Part shown: piece after piece, positions 1 through 12,040 of the stretch
How the letters are laid out: every line of letters starts with the position of its first letter
Numbering within the stretch: position 1 is the stretch's first letter
Source of the DNA: Vicugna vicugna
Taxonomy: Eukaryota
NCBI GenBank assembly: GCA_013265495.1
Contig: MU058198.1
Coordinates: 5,409,779 to 5,473,778 of the forward strand
Reading direction: 5' to 3'
Length of the DNA: 64,000 nucleotides
Notes under the pieces: model-generated
What the model saw: only the letters and a program-made list of their open reading frames with translations
The model's database searches: none
What the model was told of the DNA's origin: nothing
Program-made: the position numbers and the translations under genes

Positions 1-289
1 GCAGCTGCAGAGAATGAGGGAGGGACGGCACAGCCGTGAAGACGTGAGGAATCCTCTCCCAGGCCCAGGGAATTCCCTCTCCCAGGGAATCAGAGCCAGA
101 ACCTAAATAGCATCAGAAGCTTCCAAAACAAGCAGTTATGCCTCGGAAAACCTTCAATCCCAAAATAATTCCATGAGGGGCCCAAGGAGGCCAAGAACAG
201 CCTTGTCCATACACACTGGGCAGCAATGAGCACACGTTCCCATTTCGTATGGAACGTGGACCCTGCGCTCTTCTAGGAATTGCAGAACT

Positions 290-1250
290 GATTTGTTTTC
301 ATGCACTCAACAAATGTTTATTGAGCACCTACTAAGTGCCAAGCACTGGACCACCACGACAGGCAAGACAGAGGAGACCCCTGCCTTCATGGAGCTGGGA
401 ACCTTGTCATTCTCACAAGGAAGAAGCTGTGGAGTGTGGCTGGAAGGTGGGGGCCAGGAAAGGCAAGGCAAATCTTGGAATGTCGCTGGGGAGGTCTGCA
501 GCCAGATAAAGGGGTCACAAGCAGCAGTCAAGCCAAGTTAGGCACTAACTGCCTGGAAGGATGGAGGGAGCCTGGAAGTCACTGGATGTGGGTCAGGGCA
601 CAGTTATATACTCAGAAAATCCCTGCTGAGCATCTTTTTTGTACCAGGCACTACTAGGCGTTGAGAATACACAAGGGACCAAGATGCCCATGGTCATTGC
701 CCCTCTAGAGATTACAGTTTAGTGAGGGCAGCAGGTGAGGAAATAAGGCAGAGTCCCCTGGGGTGACCGAGAAAGCCCACTGGGCTCTGGGAGTAGAGGA
801 GGGGAAGGTCCTAATGGGGTAGAAGAGATGGAAGAAGTTAGTGGTGATGACAGCGGAGGCCAGTAAGGGTGCAGGGAGCGAGAGTGGGAAGGGTGCTCCC
901 GGCTGAGGGCCCACCCTCAGCAAAGCCCCACAGCAGAACAAGCCCAGCACATTTAAGGTCCAGCTCAAAGTCCAGCTGGATGTGGGACGTATGGTGAAAG
1001 ACGAGGCTGGAGAATTGAGCAGCAGCTCAGACAAGAAGGATCTTTGAATCTTTGCGGATCAGTTTGGACTCCATCTTCAGGTCAATAAGAAATCTCAGGG
1101 AAGGGGAGGGTGCAAATCTTAAACCGGTCTGTGACATGGGCAGACTTGCAACATAGGGGGATCCCCATGTCCTTAGCGTGCCCAGTGGATAAGGGAGGGC
1201 AAGACGGGAGACAGACAGTTAAGGAGAGGCTATTTTAGCAAGATAGGGGG
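290..1250 (-). mobile_element. L2 LINE fragments (degraded, two 3' end remnants)
   Basis: caacaaatgtttattgagcacctactaagtgccaagcactgg at ~311-350 is the reverse complement of the typical L2 3' terminus. A second remnant starts at ~620, followed by purine-rich L2 body sequence. Confidence 0.7.
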
Positions 1251-2851
1251 CCGCCATGCTGGGAGCACGTGAGCTGACGCTGCATGATGGTTTTGGGCAC
1301 TGTGTCAGCAGGAAATCCCCAAGCCATGCAGCAGTGGGTTTGAGCTGGTGCAATGCAGGTTTCCAGGGAAGGGGCCTCATGGGGTTTCCCTGGAGGGACA
1401 GAAAGGGTGGGAATTAGGGCCCCAAATAGAGAGGGTAGTAGTATTTGGAGCTAAGCAGGGCACCCCTTCAACCTGCAGGGCTTTACTTTGATCTACTGTA
1501 CGTACATTTTGGTTGAAAAAGTAGATTCAGCTCCTAATAAAAAATGCTTTTTGACAGATGAATAAAAGGTTGGACTGGGAGACTCGTCAGGGCTCTCCCA
1601 CCTCGATTCTCAGGTTCTGTGAATCAGAAGCACAGAGAGGGGGTCTGGCTGGGCTCCTGGATGCTAGAGCCCAGCAGAGAGGACTAGAAGACGTGGTCAC
1701 TGAAACACAGGCCCTGGGAGATGCTGTCAGAGCCCTCGCCCTGCTCTCAGCCTCCAAATGATGATTTTTAAAAATGCACAGGGAAGGAGAGGATGCTCCA
1801 AGCAGTTGCTTTACAGGCAAAACCACCCAAAGCAACAACACTGGCTCACAGCACAGCATCTGGCATCGGGGTGGAAATGCCCGTGTTAGAAAACCGGGCA
1901 ATTAGAGGTTCCAAGAAGCAGTTACATAAGCTGGAGGATTTCCTCGGAGCTGTTCTGAGTCAGGATGAGGGTGAGAGGAGAGGCATGGGAGGAAGAAATT
2001 CACAAGCCACTTCCGGCTGCCGGGTTAAGCTGGCGTTCCCGGGGTGTCCACTGGCAAGAGCAGGGAGGTTCACACGCGCTTCTCTCTCACTGAACCCACC
2101 CAGGAATGCTGGGAGGTGGGAGGGTCACCTTAGGGAAGTGCCATCGCTAGACCCTGGATACGGAAAGGAGACACCTAGCCCCACCCTCCCCTCCCTACAC
2201 ACAAGGCAGGGTCAGGTAGCATTTAAAGCCCATCTTCATCATTTAATCCCTCAGTTTCTTCAGGTACAAATGGATGCTAATAATAGGGCCTTTCTGACAA
2301 GGCTGATGGAAGGTGAAACGAGTCAGCACGATGCACAGTGCTTAGAATCGTGCCAATTGTTGCTAGTCACTGTTACACTACGTCTTTGGCACAGGGGTGC
2401 CCGCTGTGATTGGCAGTGGGGGTATCTCAGGATGGACAAGGAAAGAAGGCACATCCTTATCCGTCCAAACAGAAAAGGAGACTGGGCCAGAAAAGTCTAG
2501 CATGAGCCAGGGTTTCCGACAGCTTCACGTGGCCGTGACCATGTGGCTGAGCCAGGCCGATTCCCCAAAACACGATACGCCTGCAGTTGTTACTTTACCC
2601 ACCTAACCAACAGGCGTGTGTTTATCTTCCTGTCTCTGCAGAGAGAAGATTCTCACTGGAGGAAAAAAAAAAATACCAACAAACCAACAACAACAACAAC
2701 TCATGTGCCAGGCATATTGACAGACCCTTTTACAGAAAACAAACCCCCCTAACTCCTCATCAAGGGCTCTTCAGCCTGTTTTTAAACACTCAGAGGAAGG
2801 CCAGGCTGACATTTTGCACGACTGACCGAGACAGCTCTGCTTGCCTCTGGG

Positions 2852-2885
2852 GTGTGTGTGTGTGTGTGTGTGCGCGCGTGCATGC
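2852..2885. repeat. (GT)n microsatellite running into GCGCGCGTGCATGC
   Basis: Directly visible alternating purine-pyrimidine tract. Confidence 0.95.
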
Positions 2886-4009
2886 TCACCTGGTGTGTGT
2901 AGCTCAGCCTAAGCAAAGGTTCAGACTGGTGTATGTGCAAATAATGAACTGGTGGGAACAGAAGCTCACCTCCTGGGGCTCACGTGCAGAGACCGGTTTG
3001 CACAGGGCCAGAGAAGATGCAAAGACAGGATGAAGGGGACAGCCTGGTGTCCACTCCTCTGACCCCGGTGATTGGTTCAGGCGTAGAAACATTGACCACA
3101 ACCCATGTGAACCTCAGTTTTCCCATCTCTACACTGGGGCCGTAGGACCCGCCCCTTAGAAAGGGGTAGAGATTAATTAGATGGGATCCTGTACGTGGCA
3201 CACGTGGTGCTGGGAGGTCATATTAGCGTCAGCCTCCCTCCTGCCTGCCCGCCAATTCGAGTCCCGGCCTCCCCAGCCAGGCGAGCCTCACTTGGATCTA
3301 AATTATAAACTCAGAGCCATCCTTTAGCTCTGAGGCTGGCAGGGGCCTGCCATCCAGCCTGTCAGCCTTAAGCTGCCACACTTCCGAACATACAAACTGA
3401 AAAATTAATGTCCCTGGAAGGCACTGTCTCTCTTCCCATGGAAACCACTGACCTTCTTGCCTGTCTGCACAGCAGCGGGACTGCAGTCCGGCTCTTCTCC
3501 ATCCTGGTGCAGCCACAGGGCTGCTGGGCGGACGGGAGAGGGAAGAGAGGCCAAAGTCCTCTTTCAGGGCAGTGGCAGGACCTGGTGTCTCGCCGGGGAT
3601 CTCATTAACTCGGTGTGGGGACATGAGGGAGAGTCTGGGGTGATGGAGAAGCCCCAGGGGATCCCTGCATTTTAGTGTTAGACCCCATGACCCATCCCGA
3701 TGGGCCCTCGGAAGGCTGGCCCCCGATGGGGGCCCAGGCATGAGTCATGGGCTAGGCAGAAAGGGGCTGGAGAGGTGTTCAGGGTGAGGAAGAGGAGAGC
3801 GCTGTTAGACCAGGACCATCATCTCACAGATCCTCGGGAGCCGCAGTCTCGCCTGGCCTTCCGTGAAACGAGCAGGCAGTTTCACTGTGCTTCTATGCAG
3901 TGCATGGTACTCACAGCGTCTTCTGACAATGACTGATCCCTCAGCCTGGACCATTCCCAGGGACCTAGACTCACCATCCGCTCCCCTCCTCCTTGTGGGC
4001 TAAGACCAG

Positions 4010-4160
4010 CGTTGTAACTGGTGGTCCACAATGTGGCTGGCAGACCGGTAGTATCAGCATCATCTGGGGGCTTGTGAGAAATGCAGACCCTCAGGCCCTG
4101 CCCCAGACCTACAGAACCCGCAGTTCAACAGGTGACTGCCATGCACACTGGAGTTTAAGC
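4010..4160. mobile_element. MER5A-like hAT-Charlie DNA transposon fragment
   Basis: cagcatcatctgggggcttgtgagaaatgcagaccctcaggccctgccccagacctac matches the recalled MER5A core. Confidence 0.7.
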
Positions 4161-4164
4161 TGGG

Positions 4165-5455
4165 TGGATGGCTAACTTTATGTGTCAACTTGACTGCTGC
4201 ACGGGGTGCCCAGATGGTTAGTGGAACACGATTTCTCTGTATGTCTGTGACGATGTTTCTGGACGAGATTAGCATTTGAACTGGTGGCTGGAGTAAGGCA
4301 GGTGGCCCTCCCCTGTGCGGGTGGCATCGTCCAATCCTTGGAGGGTCTGAAGAGAACAGAAAAGGCGGAGGAAGGTTGAATTTACTTTCTGCCCAACTGC
4401 CGATCTGGGACATCAGTCTTCTGCCCTTGGCACTCCTGGCCGTTAGACTTGGACTGGAATCTCCACCATCAGCTCCCTGCCTCTCAAATCTTTGAACTAC
4501 ATCTCCCAGGTCTCCAGCTTACAGATGGTAGAACGTGGAAATTCTCAGCCTCCGCGATCAGGTGAGCCAACACCTTATAATAAATCTTTGTTGAGAGAAA
4601 GGTGTCTAGCTTTTGCTTTTCCATAGGTAGCTTTCTTTTCATTTTTTAAATTGAAGTCTAGTCAGTTTACCATGTTGTGTCAATTTCTGGTGTACAGCAT
4701 AATGTTTCCGTCATACATATGTATACAAATACTTCTTTTCATATTTTTTTCCATTCTAAATTGCAAGATATTGAATGGAGTTCCCTGTGCTGTACAGTAG
4801 AAACTTGTTGTTTATCTACTGTATGTACAGTAGTTAGTATCTACAAATCTTGAACTCCCAATTTATCCCTTCCTACCCTTTTCTCCCCTGGTAACCATGA
4901 GCTTGTTTTCTATGTCTGTGAGTCTGTTTCTATTTTGTAAATAAGTTCATTTTTGTCTTTTTTTAGATTCCACAGATGAGTGATATCATATGGTATTTTT
5001 CTTTCTCTTTCTGGCTTACTTCACTTAGAATGATGGTCTCCAGGTCCATCCATGTTGCAGCAAATGGCATTATTTCATTCTTTTTTTATGGATGAATAGC
5101 ATACACACACACATACACACACACACACACCCCCTACAACTTCTCTATCCAGTCATCTATTGATAGACATTTGGGTTGTCTCCATGTCTTGGCTATTGTA
5201 AATAGTGCTGCTATGAACATTGGGGTGCAGGTGTCTTTCCAAATCAGAGTTTCCTCAGGATAGATGCCTCGGATTGGGATGGATCATATGGTAAGTCTAT
5301 TTGTAGTTTTTTAAGGAATCTCCACACTGTTTTCCATAATGGCTGCACCAAACTATAAGATGTCTAGTTTCATTTCTAGATCTATATCTATTTCTATTTC
5401 TACCTGTATCTGTCCTACCGGTGCTGTTTCTCTGGGGAGCCACAACACAGCTATA
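4165..5455 (+). mobile_element. MLT2-family (ERVL) solo LTR, interrupted by an L1 at ~4640-5354
   Basis: The start taactttatgtgtcaacttgact, internal gagattagcatttgaa and ataataaatc are MLT2-like. The LTR tail (ggtgctgtttctctggggagcc) resumes at ~5420 after the L1. Confidence 0.75.
4640..5354 (-). mobile_element. 5'-truncated L1 (3' UTR and end of ORF2), lineage-specific type
   Basis: T-rich tail on the left, then ttgaagtctagtcagtttac...ttagattccac...gctattgtaaatagtgctgctatgaacattggggtgca, the classic reverse complement of an L1 3' end. Confidence 0.9.
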
Positions 5456-6368
5456 GTTTCACAACACACTGGTGTCACCCATCTTACCATGTGGTGTGAC
5501 AGTGTGTTACAAATTTGGAATTTAGCATCAGAAAATAAGAATTTGGATCCCAGCTCTGCCCTGGTCCACCTGTGAGACTCTGACCACTCCAAACCTTAGC
5601 TCCCTCCTCTGCAAATGTGCAGGGCAAGAGGACCCCTTCCTGGGGCCACTGGGGGATGAAATGAACCCACACCATCATGCAATGACTCAGACGTTCCTCG
5701 CAGCACCTGCCACGTATTGAATGCCTAGTACACATTAGCTGGCATTGTTACTGCTAGTAAGTCGCTTCTAGTAGCAGAGCATCCAAGTTTGTGAATTATT
5801 TACCTCCTTTTTTTTTTTCAAAAATAGATACGCTTGAGCAGAATCAAGCTAGCCATAGAACAGCTACACATGCTGTGAGGGCCATTCTTGGGTGGGGGGT
5901 AGGGTGTGGGACTTGGCTGCAGAGGGAGGACCAGGAGCTGCGCACAGACAGAGGCTACACCCTTCTGGGTCTGAGCTGATGCTCCCTCAGGAGCCCAGTG
6001 ATTTCATATTATGACAGAACCTTGTTTTTCTTTACCAGTGAAACAGGGGGACGGTTTTGTCAAAGTCCGAGTCCCACCATGGAAGCAGGCTGGGCAGGCG
6101 AAAGTCCTGTTTTATGCGCTGCAGCAGAAATGAGGCCAAACAAAGTTCAACAATTTAGTCCAAAGCTGACCAGCCCTGAGAGTGGAGAGGGAGGGGGTGG
6201 ACGGTCAGTCTGGAGCAGCGTGGGGACAGGAAAAGGTGACGGGGAGGGAGAACCAAGGGACAGGACACAGGGAGGGAGTCAGAGGGCACTGCTGGTGCGG
6301 GTGTGGGCAGCATTAGGGGTCTGCTAGGTTTGAGGGCTAGGCCTGGGCTGGAATTAAGCCGCGTTTTA

Positions 6369-6620
6369 TTTATTTATTTTTTTAAATATATTTTTATTGA
6401 AGTTCAGTCAGTTTACAATGTTGTGTCGATTTCTGGTGTACAGCACAGTGCTTCAGTCATATAGGAACGTACATATATTCGTTTTCATATTCTTTGTTAA
6501 TCATAGGTTACTACAAGATATTGAATATAGTTCCCTGTGCTATACAGTATAAGCTTGTTGTTTATCTAATAGATAGATAGATAGATAGGAGTTAGAATCT
6601 GCAAATCTCAAACTCCCACC
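6369..6620 (-). mobile_element. Short 5'-truncated L1 3' end with internal (TAGA)n and a 15-bp TSD
   Basis: Same L1 3' end as 4640-5354. Flanked by ttaagccgcgtttta (6354-6368) and ttaagcctcatttta (6621-6635). Confidence 0.85.
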
Positions 6621-6637
6621 TTAAGCCTCATTTTAAA

Positions 6638-6780
6638 TCAGTGGTTCTTGGCCTGGATTACATCACCATCATCTGGGGGTAGTTTTAAAATGCCGATTCC
6701 TGGTACTCACCCCTAGAGATTGAGTCAAGTGGTGGGATCTGGGTTTGAGTATTTTCCAAAAGCACCAGGACTGAGAAGCC
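6638..6780. mobile_element. MER5-like hAT-Charlie fragment
   Basis: cagtggttct...aaaatgccgattcctggtactcacccctagagatt...gactgagaa resembles MER5A/MER5B. Confidence 0.6.
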
Positions 6781-7293
6781 ACAAAGAGACTGGGAAGAGA
6801 TGAGTGGTCCGAGCAAGAGACAGAGGAAGCACGCTGAGCAACTGGCCAGCCGGCCTTCCATCCAGCTGCAGTCAAGAGGGGTCGGCTTTTAGCCCCTTGA
6901 TGTGAGAGGACCCGTGCCAGTCCCCAAACAAGACAGTGACGAGTATTTCACACAGGGAACCCAGATCCCCTCTGATTTCTTCTATCAGATCAAGAAAGGG
7001 GCGGGGCTGGAACAAGGTTTTATTCCTAAGAAGCTCCCAGTCAGTGCCAGTTCCGAGGATGCAACTCGGGACACACATCTGTTTGGTGTCAGGCCTGGAT
7101 GTGAGACTGACTTCTCTCGCTGTGCCTCATCCCCTCCTGGAGGGCTGCAGTTAGGCTGGGCTGGCGTCCTTAGAAAGGGCCAGCGGGCTTTCCTCTGCTT
7201 CCAGGGGGGAAACGGCCTTTGGAAAGATGGAGTTTCACTCTTAAAGATTTTTTGCTCCCAAATAAAGTAAAATTCCTAAATACTATGAAAACA

Positions 7294-7296
<3 letters not shown>

Positions 7297-7336
<40 letters not shown>

Positions 7337-7617
7337 CACAACTATATACATACATATATACACACACATATATACATACACATATACATGTATATACACA
7401 CATATACATGTGTGCATATATACACACATCTACACATGTATACACATACATATACACACATGTACACATACACACATTTACACACTACACGTGCATATAT
7501 ACACACATGTATACATGCATACATGTATAAACACATATACATACACATGTATGTATACATATATGTATATACATACACACATATGTAACATGTAGTATAT
7601 ACGTGTGTGTGTGTGTA
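7297..7617. repeat. Compound microsatellite: (AT)18 followed by degenerate (CA/TA/CATA)n and (GT)n
   Basis: Directly visible. Confidence 0.97.
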
Positions 7618-8182
7618 TTTTAAACTTTCAAACCGTGTTTAGTTTTGATGGAAATCCTTGCCAGTGAATGTCTTAAAGAAAATGTCCTCCGTCAGGAGTT
7701 TAACTGACTCTGTTGGTCGCCCTCCTCCCCTATACATATAGAGAGCTCCAGCCAGTGAAACAGAAAAATCTACAATTAAAAAAAAAATTAAGACCATCAG
7801 AGTCATGTGCCACGGGCGGATATTACACTATAACACATTGCCATTTTAATAGGATTTCCTGGACGGCGAGTGGTAACAAATAATCCTGTCTTACAGACGA
7901 GCATGTTAAGATGCCACAGGTGAACTGACGCATTTGAAAAAATTCAGTGGGTCTCAAAACCTGGACAGCCTTACCTCTTCCTTGGAGCAAAAGTTCATTT
8001 CAGTTTCAGGAGGCAGGTCGACTTTCAGGGTACCACAGGAGGGAAAGCATAACGTCTCAGAACATGCACTCATTCCTGGTCCCCTGTATCAGCTTTGCTC
8101 CTGGTGGGCACAGGCTGCAGTGAAGCCGGCGTGGGAGTAAGATCGCAGAAGCAGAAACAGGGGAAGCTGCTTGCCCCCCTGC

Positions 8183-8221
8183 CCATGACCATGACCATGA
8201 CCATGACCATGACCATGACCA
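8183..8221. repeat. (CCATGA)6 hexanucleotide microsatellite
   Basis: Six perfect CCATGA copies. Confidence 0.97.
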
Positions 8222-8384
8222 CAAAGCAGGCAGGGGTCTGCACCCCAGCCCCAGCCCCACTTCCGCCTTTGCCCAGCCTGGCCAAGTCTGACAACAAAGC
8301 GCCCCGTCTGGTTCTCCCTTAGCTGATATGAACGATCGCAGGGCACTTAACCACACGCCGGGTTCTGTATGAAGTCTGTCATTA

Positions 8385-8610
8385 ATTTATTCATTCATTC
8401 ATGCAACAAATACTTATTGAGCTCCTACCAGTCATCAGGCACTGTTCTGGGATCTTGTCATGCATGATTTCCTGGAATTCTCATTTTTGAAATACCCTAA
8501 AGTAGGGACTATGATTGACTCCATCTCACAGGTAGGGAGACAGACGCTTAGCACAGGCAGGGACTTGCATAAGGCAGCACCAGAAAAGAGCAGGATCCAC
8601 ACTCAGGTCC
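8385..8610 (-). mobile_element. L2 3' end followed by MIR fragment
   Basis: ttcattcattcatgcaacaaatacttattgagctcctacca is the L2 terminus. ccatctcacaggtagggagacagacgcttag resembles the MIR core in reverse complement. Confidence 0.6.
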
Positions 8611-9172
8611 ACTGCGTCCTGAGAGCCCAGGCAGAACTGATGCCCTTGCGGTCTCGCCCATCCCTCTCCCCTGGACCAAGCCTGCCTCCTCCATCCATGC
8701 GGCCACCTCACACAAAAGCAGCGGTTCCTCAGCTGAGTTGCTCAGCGGAGAAAGCAGCCTGGGTAGCCCCCACCTTGGTCAGAGGACGTCCAGGGCTCCT
8801 GCATTTTGAGGGAAGAGAAAACCTAGTCAGAATTGTCTAATGAGGAAGTACTACCATCCTAGGGAGACAGACGATGGCAGAGACCAGGAGACAGGGAGGG
8901 CAGTGAGGAAAGTGAAAGAGGGAGAAAAGGGCAGGAGAGAGATTCTGGGTGAACGAGGAGAGAAGGGATGAAGAGGAGGACAGAGAGCTGGGGAGAGGAG
9001 AGGGAACAGGGTCGAGGGGAGAGGAAACAGAAATAGGATGACAGAGGGGAATGGAGAGACAGTCTCTTAGAAAATCAGAGGGGAGGGGAGAAGAGAAAAG
9101 AAAAAGAAAAAACACAGGAGGAGGCTGACAGCAAGACAGCAGGGAGAGAAAACATCAACGACTTCCCCTCCA

Positions 9173-9257
9173 CCCACACACAGACACACGGACACACCCA
9201 CACAGACACAGACACACACACAGACACACCCACACAGACACACAGACACACACACAC
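9173..9257. repeat. (CA)/(CAGACA)n low-complexity repeat after a purine-rich tract
   Basis: Directly visible. Confidence 0.9.
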
Positions 9258-9819
9258 TCCTGTGTTCCTCTGAAAAGATCCTGGGGGCAACATTCCCCGA
9301 AGCACCACCCCGAACTGAGCCAGAGTGAAGGAGCTGAGTATCAGACAGCCACTCTGTAAAGGAGCTAGTTCCCAAGGTAAAATTGATTTTATGTGTTTGT
9401 TTATTCTGACCTTGAATTTTCCCTGTCGCAACGCCCGAGAAGCAGCATTGGAGATACAAGGAGATATGAGTGTGTTGGTGCTGCGGCTGGATCCTGGCAG
9501 CTCCGCGTGCGAGATGCCACCGGCCCTGAGCCCGCCGGTGGATCTGTGTGCCTTCTCCACCGAGGCACCCCAGGCTACGATGGACCTGGGGCCCTCAAAG
9601 TCACAAGGCACGTTCTGAGTCAGAAGCTATGATCCATGGAGAAGGGGATGGACGAGCATCAGAAAAGACAGACGAGAAATGGGCAAACCAACAAGGTTGA
9701 GAGGCTGACCCTACTGGGGGCAATGGCCCGAGGGGACCAGCCAACACTGACAGCAGCAGCAGCAGCAGCCCCCGATTTTGACGTCTTGCTCAAGGCTGGC
9801 GTGCTGCACTGGGAACCTT

Positions 9820-9960
9820 GACTCCTTTAATCCTTACCTCAAACCCATGAGCTGTTATCCCCATTCTCCGCGTGACCAAATTGAGGCTCAGAGAGCTTTC
9901 CCGAGGCCACACGGCTAGCAAATGATGCAGTGGGACTTGATCCCAGATCTGCCTGACTCG
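9820..9960 (-). mobile_element. MIR SINE fragment
   Basis: tttaatcctta...ttatccccattctcc...aaattgaggctcagagag...gggacttgatcccagatctgcctgactc is the MIR core in reverse complement. Confidence 0.75.
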
Positions 9961-10987
9961 CACGCCCATCCTGGCAACAGCTTGCCCTTGGATCCCTCGG
10001 TTTCCCCGCTACTCAGTCTGGGGCTGCGAGGCTGCTTCCAGGCAGCAGAACTCGGCTCAGACGTAAGGCTGCCTGTGTAGGGGTAGCGGGGCCAGGCCTA
10101 AGCGGATCCGCTGAGCCAGAGGGCGCAGGGAGTGTGGCCCGGGGTAGTCCATTCATCCTCAGGAGGACGCTGACGGCGTTTTGGGGCTAGGCGTGGGAGC
10201 GGGGCTGAAGCCTCACGCCGGGCGGGGGAGGGCTGTGGCTCCTTCTAGGCAGGTGCCAGGACAGCAGACAAGACAGAGCCGACAGGGAAAAAGAGACTCA
10301 AGGCCAGAGGTAGACAGAGGTGCTGATCCTGGGCACACAGAGACCAGGCTCCCATGGAAGCAGCTCTGTGGTAATGAGACTCCATCTAGTGGCCTGTCCC
10401 CAGATGGGACCCCTTGCTCGGGCAGCCTGGCTCAGGAACCTTGCAGGGCTGAGCCTGCAGGAGAAGGTGTTGAGGACTGCAGCTGGCCGGGGCCGAAGAA
10501 CGTAATGGGGTAAGAGATGAGAACCAGGCAGCCCGGAAGGGAAATTACTCCTTTTTGCCCAACATCCAAACCTCTAGGGCCATCACTCCCTTGCAGAGTA
10601 ACAATTATATTTAAGAGGCCATTATAATCTAACCCACTAAATAACATATGAGGTGGACTTGATAAGAACGGAGGAGACACCGGGAAAGGGAGATGCGCTA
10701 AGTCTTCCCAGAGCTGGACCCCAGCAGATGAGTGGGACCCTTCAGAGTAACCGGCAGAGAAGGACCCAGGGCAGAGGAGGCGGCTTGCACGCACAGGGGG
10801 ACTTGAATGGCTGTTAGATGTCCTGGACATTGAGTGTAGATGCATCTCAGCGTGAAGGTACAGGGAGAGGATGAGGTGAGGGGGGATAAAACTGGAAATG
10901 AACGCTGCGCATAGATTCTGCAGGCCCACTTTTATTCCATGCACGGGGTCTTCAGGGCTGGTTTCAAACACTTAGCACATGTGCACA

Positions 10988-10990
<3 letters not shown>

Positions 10991-11021
<31 letters not shown>
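10991..11021. repeat. (AC)15 microsatellite
   Basis: Directly visible. Confidence 0.95.
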
Positions 11022-11024
<3 letters not shown>

Positions 11025-11141
11025 GCACTTGGCGTGTGACATGCAAAAGTCTAGATAGCACTTTCCCTCTCCTTTGACCAGGGTCATTGCCATAATACTC
11101 ATCCCAGGAGCTAATAATGAAATTTAAAGAACAGAGATTTA

Positions 11142-11428
11142 TCAGGAAGAGGGTGGGAAGGGACAAATTGGGAGTTCAAGATTTGCAGATACTAACTAAT
11201 ATATATAAAACAGATAAGCAACAAGTTCATATTGTATAGCACAGGGAACTATATTCAATACCTTGCAGCAACTTCTGGTGAAAAAAGAATATGAAAACGA
11301 ATATATGTATGCTCATGTGTGACTGAAGTATTGTGCTGTACACCAGAAATTGACACAACATTGTTAACTGACTATACTTCAATAAAAACATACATTAAAA
11401 AATTAAATAAATGAAAGTTAAAAAAAAA
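11142..11428 (+). mobile_element. 5'-truncated L1 3' end with poly(A) and a 16-bp TSD
   Basis: gtatagcacagggaactatattcaata...ctgactatacttcaataaaa plus an A tail. TSD is aaagaacagagattta (11126-11141) / aaagaagagagattta (11429-11444), preceded by TTT as expected for an L1 endonuclease site. Confidence 0.9.
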
Positions 11429-12040
11429 AAAGAAGAGAGATTTACCATTCCCCTAATTTGCCTCTTTGTTTCACAATCTCAAGTTCCCACCCCCGTGTCT
11501 ATGTGTGATTTGGGTCCCCACCACCACCTCTCTAATATCCTTTAGAACACGCCACGTTTATCCCATGTCTAGGTCCAAATGGAGGCAGGATTTAGGAGCA
11601 ATACATTAGAAACAGGGCCTCGAATCTTGGAGCTTAGAGACGATTTTTAAAGGATTTTGGAAATCCCCACTGCCATCACCACCAGTGAATCCATGGACCT
11701 CAGTCGGGGAGGTACTGAAGACAAAAGGGCATCTCCTTTCACATCAGGGCACAGCCAAGATCCTACCCAGCATTAAGTAGCTCAAAAGATGATGTGAGGA
11801 GGCCTTTAAAAGATCTCAGGGCATTCTCTGAATACACAAGGACAAGAAGCTGATGGTAGGGGAATTCTTAATCTTGCTGTTAGAGACTTTTTTTTTTTAT
11901 TGATGACCTCAAGATCATTTGCGATTGTGTGGGAGGAACCAGGAAGGTGTTAAGAGACACGTCCTGCCTCATGGTCTCTTGGGGCACATGGATTTGAGGC
12001 ACTCAATCTAACCTGCAGGAACGTACAAACCAGATAGAGA

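Noticed and set aside
1793..2500. 235-aa ORF
   Set aside because: It reads through a MIR remnant (~2230-2350) and resembles no protein family I recognise.
7170..7595. Several His/Tyr/Thr- or Cys/Val-rich ORFs
   Set aside because: These are translations of the microsatellite.
9751..9769. (CAG)6 as a polyQ or polyA coding tract
   Set aside because: It is short and not in a supportable exon.
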